A stretch of 55,332 nt of DNA from an uncultured Chroococcidiopsis sp. (lineage in GTDB: Bacteria > Cyanobacteriota > Cyanobacteriia > Cyanobacteriales > Chroococcidiopsidaceae), in the NCBI GenBank assembly GCA_964248365.1, contig CAXTYC010000035.1, positions 1 through 55,332 on the forward strand, given 5' to 3'. A model generated the notes under the pieces. It was not told the origin of the DNA. It saw nothing but the letters and a program-made list of their open reading frames with translations, and searched no databases. Shown here piece after piece: positions 19,299 through 30,112 of the stretch. The translations under genes were made by a program, and so were the position numbers. Each line of letters starts with the position of its first letter. The stretch's first letter is position 1.

Positions 19299-20627
19299 TT
19301 ACGAGGTCTGGGGGTTCAACGGTTGTAAGCGCACGCGCACCCCGTCTTTTGGGCGACGAGTTGGAACTAAAACTGGCTCTACGCTTTGGTTGGGCAATAG
19401 TTCCCACTGATAGCCCCGAAGTAAATGAGCGGCAACAATTTTCATTTCTAGCTTAGCAAAGGCTATCCCAATACAGATTCTAGGTCCACCACCGAAGCCA
19501 ATCAAACTAAAGGGGCGTTGTTTGTTTTCTTGTCGCTGGGGGCTGAAGCGCTCTGGATCAAATTGCAGGGGCTGGGGGTAAATTTCTGGCAGTTGGTGAG
19601 TCATCAGGCTCGAATAAATTAACTGCCACCCTGCTGGGACATAAAAGCCATTAAACTCAAACGGTTTGACTACGCCGCGAAAGCCGCCACCGACTGGGGG
19701 ATGAAGTCTTTCAATCTCAGAGAGCACTTGTTCTAGATAGGGCATACGCCCCAGCTGTTCTAAATTTAGCGCCCCATGCTGGGCAAGCTCTAATTGTTCA
19801 GTTCTTGCTTTTTGCAACACCTCCTGATGACGGGCTAACTCCAAGCAGAGCATGGTAAGCATTGAGGTGGTGGTTTCATGACCTGCAAACAGTAGCAGCA
19901 AGGCTTGGGCGATGACTTGGCGATCGCTCATACCGTTGCCTTCTTCGTCACGGGCTTGCAACAATAGGCTGAGGACATCTTTACTAGGGTGTTGTTTGCG
20001 AGTGCTTACAACCTGTGCTAAGTGCTGTAGAATCTGATTGCGAGCTGCGATCGCTTTCCCCAAAGAAGTGACTGGCAACCGTAGAGGATTCAGCGCAAAC
20101 ATACCATTAGTCAGGGTGGTAAACAACTGGCTCAAACGAGCAACATCTGAACCAGAGTTAGTACCCAAAAGCAGTTGACTTGCAATGTCAAATGTCAGCT
20201 GCTTAAATTCATCAAACCAAATGAATTCCCGTTGCTGCTGCCATTTGTGAAGATAGGTTTGCGTAATCGACTCCATTGTGCCAACGTAGTTTGTCAGCGC
20301 TGCTCCATGCAAAGCTGGCATCATTAGGCGGCGATTACGGCGATGTTCCTCACCATCTTGAACGAAAAGCGATTCCCCTAGCAGCAGCTTAAAATTATCG
20401 GGCCATCCTTCTCGCCAGGAAAAATGATCTATATGGCTGGAAAGGACAAATTCAACCGCCTCTGGTCCCACCATATAAACAGTAGGTCTGCCAATGATTT
20501 TAGTTTTAAAAATAGAACCGTACTGGTGATAGCGCTTTTCGACAAACTTAGGGTCAAACACAAATTGTAGTGTCTCACCCAGCAGTGGTAAACCCATTTG
20601 TCCTGGTGGAAGTTGGTAGTTAATCAT
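19299..20627 (-). CDS. Cytochrome P450 (CYP120-like)
   Basis: PPGQMGLPLLGE, AGHETT, EIER (ExxR), FDPERF, FGGGPRICIG. Confidence 0.93.
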   Translation of the reverse strand: MINYQLPPGQMGLPLLGETLQFVFDPKFVEKRYHQYGSIFKTKIIGRPTVYMVGPEAVEFVLSSHIDHFSWREGWPDNFKLLLGESLFVQDGEEHRRNRRLMMPALHGAALTNYVGTMESITQTYLHKWQQQREFIWFDEFKQLTFDIASQLLLGTNSGSDVARLSQLFTTLTNGMFALNPLRLPVTSLGKAIAARNQILQHLAQVVSTRKQHPSKDVLSLLLQARDEEGNGMSDRQVIAQALLLLFAGHETTTSMLTMLCLELARHQEVLQKARTEQLELAQHGALNLEQLGRMPYLEQVLSEIERLHPPVGGGFRGVVKPFEFNGFYVPAGWQLIYSSLMTHQLPEIYPQPLQFDPERFSPQRQENKQRPFSLIGFGGGPRICIGIAFAKLEMKIVAAHLLRGYQWELLPNQSVEPVLVPTRRPKDGVRVRLQPLNPQTS

Positions 20628-20631
20628 CCTT

Positions 20632-21291
20632 TTAGTTTTGGCTACAGCTCTGCTGCATTAGTAGCGCTGTGTTTGCTTTATTAGGCACTTGTTGAATTTT
20701 TGCCGACTTAATATACATCGGGATGAAGGGTGGTGCGCCGAAGGCTGCTGGGCTAACTTGCCTAATAGTGTAGCAACCAACAAATGCTTGCTTTGAGCCA
20801 TTAGTCAGAGTGCTAACGATCTTGACAGGTACTTGATACACAAAATTGCTTGCCCCCGCGTCTGAAGTCACCTTGCCTGTTGTCAGCTGCACTGCTTTAG
20901 TTTTCGCATAGCCTGCCTCAAATTGTGGATAGGGCGGAGGCTGGGATGTAGTTTTGTTGCCATTTTGTCCCCAGTAATAATAGGCACGTACATACTCTTT
21001 GCGATTGATGGCATTGTAGTACGATTTAAGCAACTGTATGGGATTGCTGCGATCATCTAGATATGGGGGTAAATCGTTTTGCGCCAAAGCGCCAACTGCG
21101 GTTGATGCTGGCAAAGTAGCTACTGAGGGTTTAGGGTTTGCCCCCGACTGTGTTGATACCGTTTGCGCTGCATATAGCTCGTTGTCATTGCAGACAGCCA
21201 AAGCCATTACTAAGGTTATCCGGCTAACCCACAGCGCTGTACATCTGCCTAAAACTGTTTTTACCATATGCTTCCCACCTGGCAAATTCAT
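20632..21291 (-). CDS. Exported hypothetical protein
   Basis: N-terminal hydrophobic signal and a SYYNAINRKEY..AY helix; ends 4 nt before the P450 start. Start uncertain. Confidence 0.7.
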   Translation of the reverse strand: MNLPGGKHMVKTVLGRCTALWVSRITLVMALAVCNDNELYAAQTVSTQSGANPKPSVATLPASTAVGALAQNDLPPYLDDRSNPIQLLKSYYNAINRKEYVRAYYYWGQNGNKTTSQPPPYPQFEAGYAKTKAVQLTTGKVTSDAGASNFVYQVPVKIVSTLTNGSKQAFVGCYTIRQVSPAAFGAPPFIPMYIKSAKIQQVPNKANTALLMQQSCSQN

Positions 21292-21457
21292 TCATTTGGT
21301 AGGATAATCGGGCGTTGCTGATTATATGTATGATTTTGAATTTTACGTAATATCAAAAACCAGGATAAGACGTAGCAGTGCTACTACATCCGTATTCATA
21401 CCTCAATTGCTGCAACGCCGATAATCGCTCCTACCAAATCACTAAGCAGCTCCTATT

Positions 21458-23143
21458 TCAACCTAAACCTAAATCGGTCACTGCACCGAGACTGCTAGAA
21501 GATACCAACTTGGCATATTTTGCCAATACACCAGTAGTATATCTAGCTTTGGGGGGTTGCCAATTAGCACGGCGTTGTGCTAATACTTCATCGGATACGT
21601 GTAGGTGCAACGATCGCGCATGGGCATCAATTGTAATTGTGTCACCTTCTTGAACAAGAGCGATCGCACCGCCAACAGCAGCCTCTGGAGCCACATGACC
21701 AACCACCATACCGTATGTACCACCGGAAAACCGCCCATCGGTAATCAATCCTACCGAGTCTCCCAAACCAGCACCGATAATAGCCGACGTGGGAGCTAGC
21801 ATTTCCCGCATCCCAGGACCACCTTTGGGACCTTCGTAGCGAATGACAATCACATCCCCAGCCTTAATTTGATGTGCCAGAATTGCCTGCAAACAAGCTT
21901 CCTCAGATTCAAACACCCGCGCAGAACCTGTGATTTGAGCTAATTTAACGCCTGTAATCTTCGCTACAGAGCCTTCTGTTGCCAAATTACCGCGCAGGAT
22001 AGCTAAATGTCCTTCGGCATAAACTGGATTATTCCAAGGGCGAATTACATCTTGATCTGCGCGTGGTTCATCGGTCACATCTGCTAAAACTTCTGCAACT
22101 GTTTTACCTGTAATTGTCAGCGCATCTGGATGCAATAAGTCATGCACCAAAAGCATTTTCATTACTTGAGGAATTCCGCCAGCTTTGTGCAAGTCTGTTG
22201 CTACATATTGCCCACTCGGTTTAAGGTCACATAAAACAGGGACACGAGCGCGGATAGTTTCAAAGTCGTCGAGGGTTAATTCCACACCAGCAGCATGGGC
22301 GATCGCCAGCATATGCAATACTGCATTAGTAGATCCCCCTACTGCCATAATTACCGAAATAGCATTTTCAAAAGCTTTACGGGTAAGGATTTGACTGGGT
22401 AACAATTGATTACGAATCGCTTCTACTAGCACAAACGCCGATTTTTCTGCACTGTCGGCTTTTTCTGCATCTTCTGCTGCCATTGTGGAGGAATAAGGCA
22501 AGCTCATGCCCATCGCTTCAAAGGCAGAAGACATGGTGTTAGCTGTATACATCCCACCACAGGAACCAGCACCAGGGCAAGCTCTACGTTCTACTTCTAG
22601 CAGTTCTTGTTCGTCGATTTTGCCTGCACTGTATTGTCCTACTGCTTCAAAAGAACTGACAACAGTTAAGTCACGTCCATTGTAATGACCAGGTTTAATT
22701 GTACCGCCGTAGACGAAAATTGCTGGAATGTTCATGCGAGCGATCGCAATCATCGCTCCTGGCATATTCTTATCACAGCCGCCAATTGCCAAAACTCCAT
22801 CCATACTCTGCGCATTACAGGCAGTTTCAATCGAATCTGCAATTACTTCCCGCGACACTAGCGAGTATTTCATTCCTTCGGTTCCCATCGATATCCCATC
22901 GCTGATGGTGATGGTTCCGAACATTTGGGGCATTGCCCCAGCGTTGCGCATTCCAGATTCTGCGCGTTGAGCTAGGGCATTGATCCCCATGTTACAGGGA
23001 GTAATGGTACTGTAACCATTGGCGAGTCCCACAATCGGTTTAGTGAAATCAGCGTCACCAAAACCAACAGCTCGTAGCATAGCTCGGTTAGGCGATCGCT
23101 GTACGCCTTGGGTTACAACTTGACTTCTGAGATTGTCCGGCAT
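21458..23143 (-). CDS. ilvD: Dihydroxy-acid dehydratase
   Basis: [36 protein letters not shown]. Confidence 0.97.
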   Translation of the reverse strand: MPDNLRSQVVTQGVQRSPNRAMLRAVGFGDADFTKPIVGLANGYSTITPCNMGINALAQRAESGMRNAGAMPQMFGTITISDGISMGTEGMKYSLVSREVIADSIETACNAQSMDGVLAIGGCDKNMPGAMIAIARMNIPAIFVYGGTIKPGHYNGRDLTVVSSFEAVGQYSAGKIDEQELLEVERRACPGAGSCGGMYTANTMSSAFEAMGMSLPYSSTMAAEDAEKADSAEKSAFVLVEAIRNQLLPSQILTRKAFENAISVIMAVGGSTNAVLHMLAIAHAAGVELTLDDFETIRARVPVLCDLKPSGQYVATDLHKAGGIPQVMKMLLVHDLLHPDALTITGKTVAEVLADVTDEPRADQDVIRPWNNPVYAEGHLAILRGNLATEGSVAKITGVKLAQITGSARVFESEEACLQAILAHQIKAGDVIVIRYEGPKGGPGMREMLAPTSAIIGAGLGDSVGLITDGRFSGGTYGMVVGHVAPEAAVGGAIALVQEGDTITIDAHARSLHLHVSDEVLAQRRANWQPPKARYTTGVLAKYAKLVSSSSLGAVTDLGLG

Positions 23144-23297
23144 CTTGTCACCTTGGGGAGTAAGGATAGGCAGATTATGATTCTCGCAAAAAGTCAGACT
23201 TATTGTTCGACTGTGTAAACAGATTTCACTTGGGAGCGCAAATTCTCTAGAACTTGCGTCAAAACTTTAATTTTCTTAATTTTATACTCTTAGATAT

Positions 23298-24701
23298 TCA
23301 TCCGATGCGATCCAAAATCTCACTTGCCACTCGTTCGGCTGACTCCAAAGCCGATTCCATGCCAGGACTCGCTATTGCCGTGTGTTCGCCAGCAAAGTGA
23401 ATTCGCTGCCAAGGTTTAGCCATCTTGTTTTGAAATCGGCGGATTTGTCCTGGTCCAAAGTGGGAATAATCCCCCCGTGCAAACGGATCGCGCCCCCATG
23501 AGACGACGCGAGCTATATCCACATTCGCCGCCGCTGGGCGAATTCGCCCCAGTGAGGATTTGACAAAAGAAGCTAATACCTCTGGACTCATAGCATCCAA
23601 TTCCTGAGCGGAGGCACCGTTGACAAAGCAAGTTAGCCCCAAGACTCGTCCAGTAGCATCCCGATTTGGAAAGATACTTTGTAGCCCAGTGTCTGTCCAC
23701 ATACTTGGTGGATAGCCGTCTGACTCCCAAAAAGACTCCCGCACACTCAGGAAAATTTCCGTGACTGTGGTATATTGCAATTCCCCCACCGCTTCAGCCT
23801 GTGCCCCTTGTAGAGGGGGATCGATCTTTACGTGGCGTAGGACGGAAAATGGCAAAGTCACGACAGCATAATCTGCCTGGAAATTCGAGCCGTCCTTGCA
23901 GTTGACTTCTACGCCATTGTCGCGCGATCGAATGCAGACTACCACCTTGTTAGTTTGAACGGGAGACTTCAAAGCTGCCGCCATTTTTTCTGGTAAGCGA
24001 GAGTTTCCGCCCTCGATATGCAGAGATTGCTCCCTTGGATTCTTGGATCGTTGGGCATTCCGCAATGCCCACAGGGCGAACGAACTGGGATTAAAGTTCA
24101 TCAAACGCAGGGCTTCTTGTGACGCACCTAGATGGCGGACATATTTATCTAGAGGAATGTCTAGGTAAGCATAATCCGGCTTTGTCCAGGCTTTCGCATC
24201 TGACAAGGGATTATTCTGGTTCAGGTAATATGTCAACAACTGCGGTGGAATCAGATTTCGTTCGGTTTGAGCCAGATGGTTAGCAGCAGATGCAGCCCAA
24301 TCTTGCGTCAGCACAGATTGCCCGCGAACATAAAGCAGCAGTTCTTTGTCTAAGCTTTTTGGCTCTACAGGCACTTGCAGCTGCTCAGCCAGAGTTAACA
24401 AGCGCTGGTATTTCTCACTAAAAGATTGCCCCCCTGCTTCTGGCTTACCTGGTAGGTCATCTAGGGTATGGACGCGACCTCCGACGCGATCGCGTGCTTC
24501 CACAACAGTAACAGCAAGCCCTTTTGCTTCTTACAGCAATGCCGTATATAAGCCCGAAAGACCAGCACCGAGAACTAGCACCGAGTTCTTGATATCTGAT
24601 GCTGCTACCCGTTGCAATGTCCGTGCTAAAACAAGTGAGGTTAAGGCACTCTGGCTAAGTTCCCACAAGAATTCTCGGCGATTCAAACCTTTGCTAGTCA
24701 T
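23298..24701 (-). pseudogene. Tat-exported flavin monoamine oxidase family protein with one nonsense codon
   Basis: ATG at 24701: MTSKGLNRREFL...VLVLGAGLSGLYTALL*(TAA 24533-24531)EAKGLAVTVVEARDRVGGR, in frame with the rest; C-terminal HFAGEHT..GMESALES. Confidence 0.85.
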
Positions 24702-25609
24702 GGTCTGTTGACGATGTGATGAGTGGATGCTAGTGTCATAATCCGGCTAAAAGCAGCTTTCACACGCACAAGCAAAATTGACTCGATTTTTAACTTGCTG
24801 ATAGCCAATTGCCAGAAGCCAAGTTACGTATAGGTTATACGACCCCAGCATTGACACAATAGCAGTTATGTTTTTATGCGCGTGTAATTTACTATTGACC
24901 TGATAGCTACAAACATAATCCCCACTCAACTACTAAGTACACGTCAAAATTGGAAACAAATTTTCCAAATTGGGAAATTAGCGCGAGAGAAAACACGATT
25001 TAAAGAAAGCAACGGTTTATCCACACCAGGGTCTATTTGTCAACTGCGCTCCTCCCCAGTTCTTCATTTTTGATAGCAAGACTCGCTCCTCCAGAGCGTC
25101 CCTACATGACTTTTGACTTTCTTGTAGTCTCAGCCTTGGCTACTAATTTTCAACCAATACTGTCACAGTCGTAACAGCTATTAACATTTCGTGATTTTAT
25201 ACTTGAGGGATTCCGAAAGTAGGATTGTTAAGATTTCTACGATTGTGATCGATGGCGATCGCTGTCCTATCTTTATATATCTTCTGTCTTTCGCAATGTA
25301 TTTGCTAATTACTGAAAATTCGACTGGCTTTCTTTCACTAGCCATATAAATGACACAGTAAAAGTTTGAGCGAATATGAAATACTTCGCTTATATATATC
25401 TACCTATAGGTTAATGCAAAGAACTTTAAGTAAATTTACATTCTACTCAAGCTCAAAATGAACTATCCAGACGCAGCACAAAAATAAAAAGCTTGAGTCC
25501 GGAAGACTTCATTTGATGCAAGTTTGTTTTCTATTCCATTACAAGGCAATGTATAGCCCAATCGAGCCATAACACTCGCCATCGGCAATATTAAGCATAG
25601 GAAAGATTC

Positions 25610-26080
25610 ATGAACAAACTAACTCGTACAAGTGCGCTCAAAAAATTGGCTGTCTTAATGACAGTCACTGGTGTCAGTTCCTTAATCAGTCTTCCGGTAA
25701 TGGCACAGCTGAACCCTCGACCTCGGATCTTTGATGAGCCACCCTACAATCGTCTCCAAAGTCCACCAAAGCATCATCACCCGAAGCATAAACACGATCC
25801 GCGCCTAGGAGAAAGACCAGCACCACCGAGTGATGCAGGCGATCGCCCACCCAAGCATCATCACCCGAAGCATAAACGCGATCCGCGCATAGGAGAAAGA
25901 CCAGCACCACCTGATCCGAGCGATCGCCCACCAAAGCACGATCGCCCTCGCCATCGACTCGATCCGCGCATAGGAGAAAGACCAGCACCACCGCCTGTAG
26001 AGAACGCTCCGCAACCAGCAGGTGGGCGTAGCTATGATTTCCGCCCAGCACCGCCACCGCCTGCCGCCACTGGGCGCTAA
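25610..26080 (+). CDS. Secreted His/Pro/Arg-rich repeat protein
   Basis: Sec-type signal (..LPVMA|Q) and three 27-28-aa repeats PPKHHHPKHKxDPRIGERPAPP; RBS-like AGGAAA upstream. Confidence 0.75.
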   Translation: MNKLTRTSALKKLAVLMTVTGVSSLISLPVMAQLNPRPRIFDEPPYNRLQSPPKHHHPKHKHDPRLGERPAPPSDAGDRPPKHHHPKHKRDPRIGERPAPPDPSDRPPKHDRPRHRLDPRIGERPAPPPVENAPQPAGGRSYDFRPAPPPPAATGR

Positions 26081-26232
26081 GCGCCGCTCTTAGTGAAACA
26101 GTGGCAAGATTTTAGGAAAAAATAGTCGGTTTTTATAGGCTTAGACCAAATTATGCCATGAGGTAGAGATCGTGTACCTCATGGTATTAACTCCTGCCCA
26201 AACAACAAAAGCAAACATAATCGCCAAGACAT

Positions 26233-27489
26233 ATGCAAGAAAAGCGAAGACCGAGTAAGAAAAGTTTGCGATCGCTTGATTACTTGAATTTATTTTTAGC
26301 TGATGTGCGGGATGGGGTTGGACCATATTTAAGTGTTTATCTCAAAGCCTCGGAACATTGGAACCCAGCTCAAATTGGGGTTGCTATGTCCGCTTCGACG
26401 ATCGCAACAGTCATTGCTCAAACACCAGCAGGGGCATTGGTTGACCGATTGAACCAGAAACGAGCATTGATCGTGGTAGCTGCTGCACTTGTTACTATAG
26501 GTTGCATCGGCATAGCCTTAGTACCGACTTTTGGGGTAGTAATTGGCTGCCAGATTTTAATTGGTCTAGCAGCAGCGGTTTTCCCGCCTGCTATTGCGGC
26601 GATTACATTGGGGTTGGTGGGGCATAGCAAATTAGATCGGCGGATCGGTCGCAATGAAACGTTTAATCATTCAGGTAACGTACTTGCTGCTACTCTGGCT
26701 GGTTTAGTTGGTCAATTTATTAGCCGCAAAGGAATCTTTTTCCTAGTTGGGGCTATGGCAATTGGTAGCGCGATTTCGGCGCGATCGCTTCGTTATCAGG
26801 AAATTGACAATGAACTGGCGCGTGGTGGTGGAGATGGCGAGGATGATAACTCAGAAGATCGAGGTAAATCCCCTGGCATAAGAAAGCTGTTTAGCGATCG
26901 CCGCGTACTTATGTTCTGTATTGCAGTAGTTTTATTTCACTTTGCCAATGCAGCAATGCTACCCCTAGTCGGTCAAAGACTCGCACGGGGACATCATGAA
27001 CTCGATCCGACTGTGTATATGTCTGCTTGCATTATTGTAGCCCAGTTAGTCATGACACCCACAGCTAGCATAGTCGGTCGTTTATCAGAAGGTGGGCGAA
27101 AACCAATTTTCCTATTTGGCTTTGCCGTCTTGCCGATTCGGGGAGTGCTTTATACACTTAGCAACAATCCCTATTTTCTAGTTTCTGTGCAAATCTTGGA
27201 TGGAATTGCAGGCGGTATATTTGGAGTGCTTTCGATTCTTGTGGTTGCCGATTTAACTAGGGGAACTGGTCGTTTCAATCTCACACAAGGGGCGCTCAAT
27301 ACGGCGATTGGAATTGGTGCGGGACTGAGCAATTTGCTGGCTGGATTTGTGGTGCTTCATGCTGGCTACAACTTTGGTTTTCTAATGTTAGCAGCGATCG
27401 CTGTTGTAGCTACTGGGGTTTTTTGGTTCCTCGTACCAGAAACCAAAGCAAACAAAACAAAGGCAAGACGCGCCGCTATAGCGCCGTAA
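26233..27489 (+). CDS. MFS transporter
   Basis: About 12 TM helices, GALVDRL..KR motif A, ADVRDGVGP, ADLTRGTGRFN. Confidence 0.9.
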   Translation: MQEKRRPSKKSLRSLDYLNLFLADVRDGVGPYLSVYLKASEHWNPAQIGVAMSASTIATVIAQTPAGALVDRLNQKRALIVVAAALVTIGCIGIALVPTFGVVIGCQILIGLAAAVFPPAIAAITLGLVGHSKLDRRIGRNETFNHSGNVLAATLAGLVGQFISRKGIFFLVGAMAIGSAISARSLRYQEIDNELARGGGDGEDDNSEDRGKSPGIRKLFSDRRVLMFCIAVVLFHFANAAMLPLVGQRLARGHHELDPTVYMSACIIVAQLVMTPTASIVGRLSEGGRKPIFLFGFAVLPIRGVLYTLSNNPYFLVSVQILDGIAGGIFGVLSILVVADLTRGTGRFNLTQGALNTAIGIGAGLSNLLAGFVVLHAGYNFGFLMLAAIAVVATGVFWFLVPETKANKTKARRAAIAP

Positions 27490-27510
27490 AGGTATTGATT
27501 TTATCAAACG

Positions 27511-28698
27511 ATGGTTATTCTTAAGTTCATCGTAATTGGGCTGACATATATTGGCTTGGGTTTAGGCTATCTGCCCTTTTTGCGGATGAATCGAGCTAGT
27601 ATTGCCATAGTTGGGGCAGCTTTACTCATAGCACTGGGAGTTTTAGACCTTAAAGAAGCTTGGCAGGCTATAGACTATAAAACTCTGATTTTCCTGTTTG
27701 GCATGATGGCGATCGGTGCTAACCTAACTTATTCTGGTTTTTTTCAACTAACGCTCGATCGCTTAATGCACATCACCCGCAGTCCGTTTGGTCTGCTGAT
27801 TGTCTTGACGTTTGGTAGTGGTATACTCTCAGCCTTATTTCTCAATGATACGATCGCCCTGATCCTAACTCCTTTGACACTAGGCTTAACGATCGCCTTG
27901 CAGCTCAACCCGATTCCCTACTTGCTTGCCTTGGCTTCTGCTACTAATCTTGGCTCAGTAGCTACCTTGAGTGGAAACCCGCAAAATATTCTAATTGGCT
28001 CTTTCTCCGGCATCAGCTACCTAGCTTTTGCCACAGCCCTAACTCCTGTAGCATTGGTGAGTCTGTCAATCCAAATCGGATTGCTGTGGTGGCTATATCC
28101 TGAAGTTCGTTCTACCAAGTCTTGTCTAATTCAAACTCCTTTGCGCTACCGTGTCTTCAAACCTCTACTAACAAAAAGCCTGTTAATAACTGGGGGATTG
28201 TTAGTTGCCTTCTTAATTGGTATATCTCCTGCTGAAGCAACCCTAGTAGCAGCTAGTTTACTGTTTATTACTCGGCGGGTCAAACCAGCGCGAATTTTGC
28301 AGAAAATAGACTGGGATCTTTTGGTGATGTTCTCAGGACTATTTATTATTACTGCCGCCGTGCAAAAATTAGGAATATTAAATTTATTTTCGAGTTTAGT
28401 AAATACCCCTATAAGCATATTAGGGGTAACAGCTCTACTCTCAAACTTGGTTTCTAATGTTCCCGCCGTGCTACTGTTACACCATTTAATTCCTCATCCA
28501 GATACTCGAACATGGTTGTTACTGGCAGCTGCGTCTACCCTAGCTGGAAATTTAACTCTACTAGGTTCTGTAGCTAACCTAATTGTCGCTGAAGCTGTCG
28601 CTAAACTGGGGTATCAGTTAACATTTTGGGAACATTTGCGGTTTGGTTTACCACTTACTGCTTTAACCTTAGTTGTTGCCTATTTTTGGATTTATTAA
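27511..28698 (+). CDS. ArsB/NhaD (CitMHS-like) anion transporter
   Basis: SALFLND, NLGSVATLSGNPQN, SNLVSNVPA, STLAGNLTLLGSVAN. Confidence 0.88.
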   Translation: MVILKFIVIGLTYIGLGLGYLPFLRMNRASIAIVGAALLIALGVLDLKEAWQAIDYKTLIFLFGMMAIGANLTYSGFFQLTLDRLMHITRSPFGLLIVLTFGSGILSALFLNDTIALILTPLTLGLTIALQLNPIPYLLALASATNLGSVATLSGNPQNILIGSFSGISYLAFATALTPVALVSLSIQIGLLWWLYPEVRSTKSCLIQTPLRYRVFKPLLTKSLLITGGLLVAFLIGISPAEATLVAASLLFITRRVKPARILQKIDWDLLVMFSGLFIITAAVQKLGILNLFSSLVNTPISILGVTALLSNLVSNVPAVLLLHHLIPHPDTRTWLLLAAASTLAGNLTLLGSVANLIVAEAVAKLGYQLTFWEHLRFGLPLTALTLVVAYFWIY

Positions 28699-28921
28699 AC
28701 CAGTTGCTTGCATAAACTTAGATCTTGCACCATCGCTCTCGACCGCAAGGAAATTAATTTCCACAGCAAGTAACTCAAGTCCATTAAAATGGACACAATG
28801 CCGCGAGCAATCCTCTTAAGAGGATTTGGGCTATTAGCTTTTGAATTTGAATTCAAAAGCGGGTGAAGAGGCAGGTGCAAGATGTGAGTAAAGGCAATTG
28901 TAGGTTCGACTCATCTGCTTT

Positions 28922-29091
28922 CTATAGCAATTCTAGATGAGTTGTGATTTTATTTAAAACGTAGACGCATTCGCAAAGCGTTGCCGCTGGCTACCGCACA
29001 AGGGCGCATACTGCACTCGCTTCAAGCCGAAGGCTAGAGCGCAAAGGAAAGAGAAAAGAGAGTTCTGACGAATGATGCGCGATTGCTATAG
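28922..29091. mobile_element. MITE-like element (~170 bp)
   Basis: Terminal inverted repeats CTATAGCAAT / ATTGCTATAG; a similar left end TATAGCAATCCTAAAACATTTGTGA recurs at ~49003. Confidence 0.65.
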
Positions 29092-29203
29092 TTCCTATTT
29101 GTAGTTTCCAAAAATGTAACGAAACAGAAATTTTTGTTACTTTGATGTCACATTAGAAACAAATTTTATCCTTTGCGCTTCTGAAAATTAGCGGGATTTA
29201 AGT

Positions 29204-29986
29204 GTGAGGAAGATACAATCGATGATTTCCCTTTTTTCTGGGACAGGTAAAAAGATTTCTGCTTTTTGTCTGTTTCCATCAATCTTTACAGTAGGTATTT
29301 TGGGCTTATTGACTTTCATTACCACTCCTGTTTTGGCACAGGAGAAAGTGCAAATCCAAGGTTTAACCCAACGAACTATTACTGTTACTGGTAGAGGCGT
29401 AGAAACGATTCCTACCACTTTGACTCAAGTTAGTTTAGGTGTTGAAGTTCAAGGTAAGACAGCGCAGGAAGTACAGCAAGCAGTAGCTCGACGTTCATCA
29501 GATGTGGTAGCGTTGCTCAGATCGCGCAAAGTCGAAAAATTACAAACTACTGGTATCAATCTCAATCCCGTCTATAGTTTCAACAACAATGTACAGCGGC
29601 TTACGGGTTATACTGCTAGCAATATTGTCAGTTTTCGTTTACCAACCCAGCAAGCTGGATCTGTGTTAGATGCGGCTGTTAAAGCTGGTGCGACGCGGAT
29701 TGATAGTGTTAGCTTTGTTGCTTCAGACAGTGGGATCGCACTCGCTCAACAAGCGGCTTTACGCGCAGCTACCCAAAACGCTCAACAACAAGCCAACGCC
29801 GTTTTAAGCACCCTGAATCTGAGCCAAAAAGAAGTAGTAAGTATTCAAGTTAATAATAACGCTAGTTCGCCGCCACCAATATTGAAAGTGGCGCGCGATG
29901 CTATCAGCAATGAAACTACTTCCTCTCCCGTCGTGGGCGGCGAACAGCAAGTAGAAGCTTCAGTCACGCTGCAAATTAGCTATTGA
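29204..29986 (+). CDS. SIMPL (DUF541) periplasmic protein
   Basis: RTITVTGRG, GYTASN, LDAAVKAGA, GEQQVEASVT; start uncertain. Confidence 0.87.
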   Translation: MRKIQSMISLFSGTGKKISAFCLFPSIFTVGILGLLTFITTPVLAQEKVQIQGLTQRTITVTGRGVETIPTTLTQVSLGVEVQGKTAQEVQQAVARRSSDVVALLRSRKVEKLQTTGINLNPVYSFNNNVQRLTGYTASNIVSFRLPTQQAGSVLDAAVKAGATRIDSVSFVASDSGIALAQQAALRAATQNAQQQANAVLSTLNLSQKEVVSIQVNNNASSPPPILKVARDAISNETTSSPVVGGEQQVEASVTLQISY

Positions 29987-30112
29987 GAGGGAGTAGGGAG
30001 TAGAGAGTAGGGGAAAACACAGCTGAGGAAGCTTCAGGGGAAATTACCCTTTTCCTTTTACCCTTTACCGCAATACCTCTTTACCCTTTCCCTCGCCTCT
30101 ACTTTTGTCGAG

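Noticed and set aside
24346..24711. 121-aa plus-strand ORF
   Set aside because: Antisense to the amine oxidase pseudogene N-terminus.
24750..25600. Possible gene or IS remnant in the 850-bp spacer
   Set aside because: No convincing ORF, terminal repeats or transposase motifs could be supported.
25686..26057. Minus-strand repeat ORFs (123 aa, 69 aa)
   Set aside because: Antisense shadows of the plus-strand repeat gene, which has a signal peptide and RBS.
28895..28920. tRNA fragment (GGTTCGACTC)
   Set aside because: The T-stem does not pair and there is no cloverleaf or acceptor stem.
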